Source: Ptychomitrium polyphyllum (taxonomy: Eukaryota). From it: a stretch of DNA of 64,000 bases. The stretch covers positions 4,340,001 through 4,404,000 of the forward strand of contig OZ316775.1 of the NCBI GenBank assembly GCA_973851085.1. Direction: 5' to 3'. Shown piece by piece: positions 61,201-64,000 of this stretch (the first letter of the stretch is position 1; each line of letters begins with the position of its first letter). Below the pieces are notes generated by a model. It worked only from the letters and a program-made list of their open reading frames with translations, did not search any database and was not told where the DNA came from. The position numbers were made by a program, and so were the translations under genes.

Positions 61201-64000
61201 TGATAATTTGTTGAACTAAAACGGCTCAGAACAAAACATCTGAAATAATATGTGCTGAAGTGCACAATCGTCAGAAACGTTCACAACAAGGGCAAAGACC
61301 AACGACCACATGAAATACATGGAAACAACGCCGATGCTAACTAGAGAAGTACTCAAATTGTAAGACATACCTGGTTGAACTGGCCTTGATCGCAGGGAAG
61401 ACCGTTGACAGGGAAGTGAGGTACCGTTTCGCTTCTCTAGTTCCCATCTGCGAACAGGCTTAGCACCTCTCTGCTGTTGGTTGATTCCCAGTTGTTCCTG
61501 CCTCCAAGCATCTTTGAACGCTCGAAACCTCATCGTTAGAATTCGCTCAGTAAACTTCAAAGACTGCTTTTGCTCTGTTAGTTTTTCCAACATTCTTTCC
61601 TGGTTTCGATTGTGACTTTCCAAATTTTCTTTCCATACAGGCGCTTCAGCAGGACAACTGTATAATTTCCCTCCTTGCAACAAATCCTGAGTGAGAAGGT
61701 GTAAGAAGGATTGAGAAGCTAGCAGAGCTTGCCTCTTGTTTCCTTCTACCAAATTACTAGCGACCACTTGATGATCTCGCAAAACCATTCCTGTATTTGA
61801 TTCCTCTTTGTCTTCCACCTCTGACTTTGACACACTAATAAGCTGATTAATCTGCTCTTCATGAGCCAAGTCTGACTCTGCACTAGGGCTGGACATCAGA
61901 CTCCCTTCACTTTCCAAATCATGCAACAATTGTGTCACAGAGACCTCTTCTTGCTTTTCTTCGTGCAGTTCCCCTTCCTCCAGAACAGCTACTTGATTCA
62001 AAATACTTCCACCTTCACCTTCAGCAGATTTAATGCCCAGCTTGTGAACAACATCCCCAACCACTCCTTCTCCGTGAATTTGGGAGACACACTCAGTAGC
62101 GTATGGGGAGTTTCGAACTGGAGACGCACTATGAACCAAGTGAGAACTCTCTCGACTATCATGGATAGGAACAGATATTTCCACATCATCTTCATCCATA
62201 GCCTGGGGACCATCATCTCCTTGATCTGATTTGAACGTAACACCCTCCGCCACCATATCCTTGGCACATCCCGTACTCGGTGCATTTTTAGGATTTTCGA
62301 GCTTCTCTAATCTTGATAATTCTCTTTCGACCTGCTCAATCTCAGACTCGACTTTCTCAACTCTCAGCAATATAGTCTCTTTCGTCCAACCAACCACATC
62401 ACCAAATGAAGAGACTTCTTGAGTAAGATCCACAGTAGAGCTTTGCTCAATTAAAGACGGAGAAAATGGTGAAGCTTGACAACTACTGGGCTCTTTTACA
62501 GCAATAGGTTTATCTACAGACTCAGAAGTATCAGGCTGCCTAGCAGAAACTTCACAGATGGACTCTGTGACTACACACATATCAGATCTCTTCACCACAT
62601 TCTCAGCCACCGCACAAGGTGAGACGGAACAAACAGCTGGCTTCTCTGCTTCATCTTCAACTTTCTCATTCAGCTTTCCTGCTGCGCCTTGCTCATCTAT
62701 TTGAGAATCCACAGAAGATTTCAACACACCTGCAAAAAATCAGACACAAAATCAGGTATTGGAAGAGCTTTTAAAGAGTTGTTCACACAGCGCTCAAATC
62801 CAACAAAATAACTACTTGTCTAGAGCTACGAACTCTAATGCTGCAGCGTCCACACTAAAAGCTGCAGAGTGACGAAAAGATTTAGTGACAAAAGAAGCAG
62901 GAGCGAACAAAATATATCGACTGCCTGCAGCGCCAAAAGAGGAAAGAAGCAGGAGAGGAAGCAAGAAAGCGTACTTTCCAGTGTTTGCTGTAGAGGTGAA
63001 GTAGTTGGTGTTAACGCAGGTGAGGTAGTAGAATTCGACACAACAGAAACCGGGCTTTCCTCTGCTGCACGCACCTCCTGAGTTTGAAGCATTTCTGTTG
63101 TTGTGCCCGAAAGAGTAGCGCTAACAAATGATCTCCCACTTTCGGACATTGTGACTCCTGGAGATGGGGTAAAAATCTCGTCTGTCTCCACAACCTTCTT
63201 TTTCTCATATTTAGCAAGGCCTTGACCCCAACCAAGCCTAGGTCGCTTAGGAGGAGAAGGATGGTTTCCATCATCACGAGAAGGCTCATGAATCGTGGAG
63301 GACGGGGTCGAATGCGGTGAGTGTTGTGGAGAGGGTATACTACCAGACACATCCAGCCCTTGTGGTCTAACTACGGTCTCCTTTGTGGCTCCATTACTTG
63401 GAACATAAGTGGAGGTTCGCGACGCACTGACAGAAGAGGACCTTTCCTTGCGCCTCCAATCAAAGCCAAAAATTGAATCTTTAGTTCCACCCAATGTATC
63501 GCTAGAAAAACCGTCACGACTGCTGCTTCCATATCTATCGAGTCTACTTCCATCTAAATCTCTGTCACCTTGTGACCAGTCCCTTCCTGCTTCATATTGA
63601 GTAAATTTTCCCTCTCTTCTACCACAAGAGTCCGGCTTTCCGGACAATCTCTCACGATGATCCCTCTCTGAACTGTGAGAGGAGTCCCAACTACCAATGC
63701 TAATCAGTCCCTTCGATCTGTCTCTTTCCCAAGACGAATTCTCTACTTCAGACAACACCTGAGAATGATATGGTCGCACAGGTTGGTCGTTTACAACAGA
63801 GCTACCACCATCCCGACCATCTCCAGAGACAGAAAAAGATTCTCTCTTGTGCCTCTCATCCGAGTCTTTAGAACGGTGATCAAAACCTGGGCCGTTACTA
63901 AAACCCGTATTTGCAACAGCACATCCCGACCCTGGATAAAAATCTCTATCAAATTTTCGTGCTATCCCGTTCTCAAGGGGAGAAATCGAACCGAAAGGCG
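55277..64000 (-). CDS. PWR: POWERDRESS / NCoR-SMRT-like SANT-domain co-repressor (5' end outside the window)
   Basis: Exons >64000-62975, 62729-61371, 61106-60178, 59966-58110, 57870-57748, 57642-57397, 57274-~56863 and ~56661-55277. Motifs: KRPRLGWGQGLAKYEKKKV, coiled coil EKVESEIEQVEREL, SANT1 NPWTTEEKKIF..KTTADCVGFYY, SANT2 WTDREREIF..QCKSFFSKTRKRLGLD, and GDVKLFGQ. Confidence 0.9.

Overview
Eukaryotic land-plant genomic DNA with GT-AG introns, most likely a moss such as Physcomitrium (inferred from gene content and repeat style). I built seven spliced gene models by hand with phase-consistent splice sites. On the + strand: an Mpv17/PMP22 protein with a likely plastid transit peptide (6422-9549), an NSE6/SLF2(FAM178)-like SMC5/6 subunit (10562-12201), a ~1979-aa mostly disordered protein of unknown family with a C-terminal Cys-rich tail (15361-23633), a LIP1-type secreted lipase (36444-37782) and a JJJ1/DNAJC21 co-chaperone (51269-53937). 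On the - strand: a chimeric FLX/FLL coiled-coil + WW + 79-Q tract + CELF-type RRM protein (34722-27211) and a 5'-truncated POWERDRESS/NCoR-like gene with three SANT domains (>64000-55277). Between 38.8 and 47.4 kb lies a decayed Ty3/gypsy element with nested solo LTRs that can be resolved by their target-site duplications. Very AT-rich decayed blocks occupy about 1-5.6, 25.6-28.8 and 47.4-50.4 kb. The most interesting locus is the FLX-WW-polyQ-RRM fusion. Its RRM is split by a 2.9-kb intron that carries a candidate alternative terminal exon.
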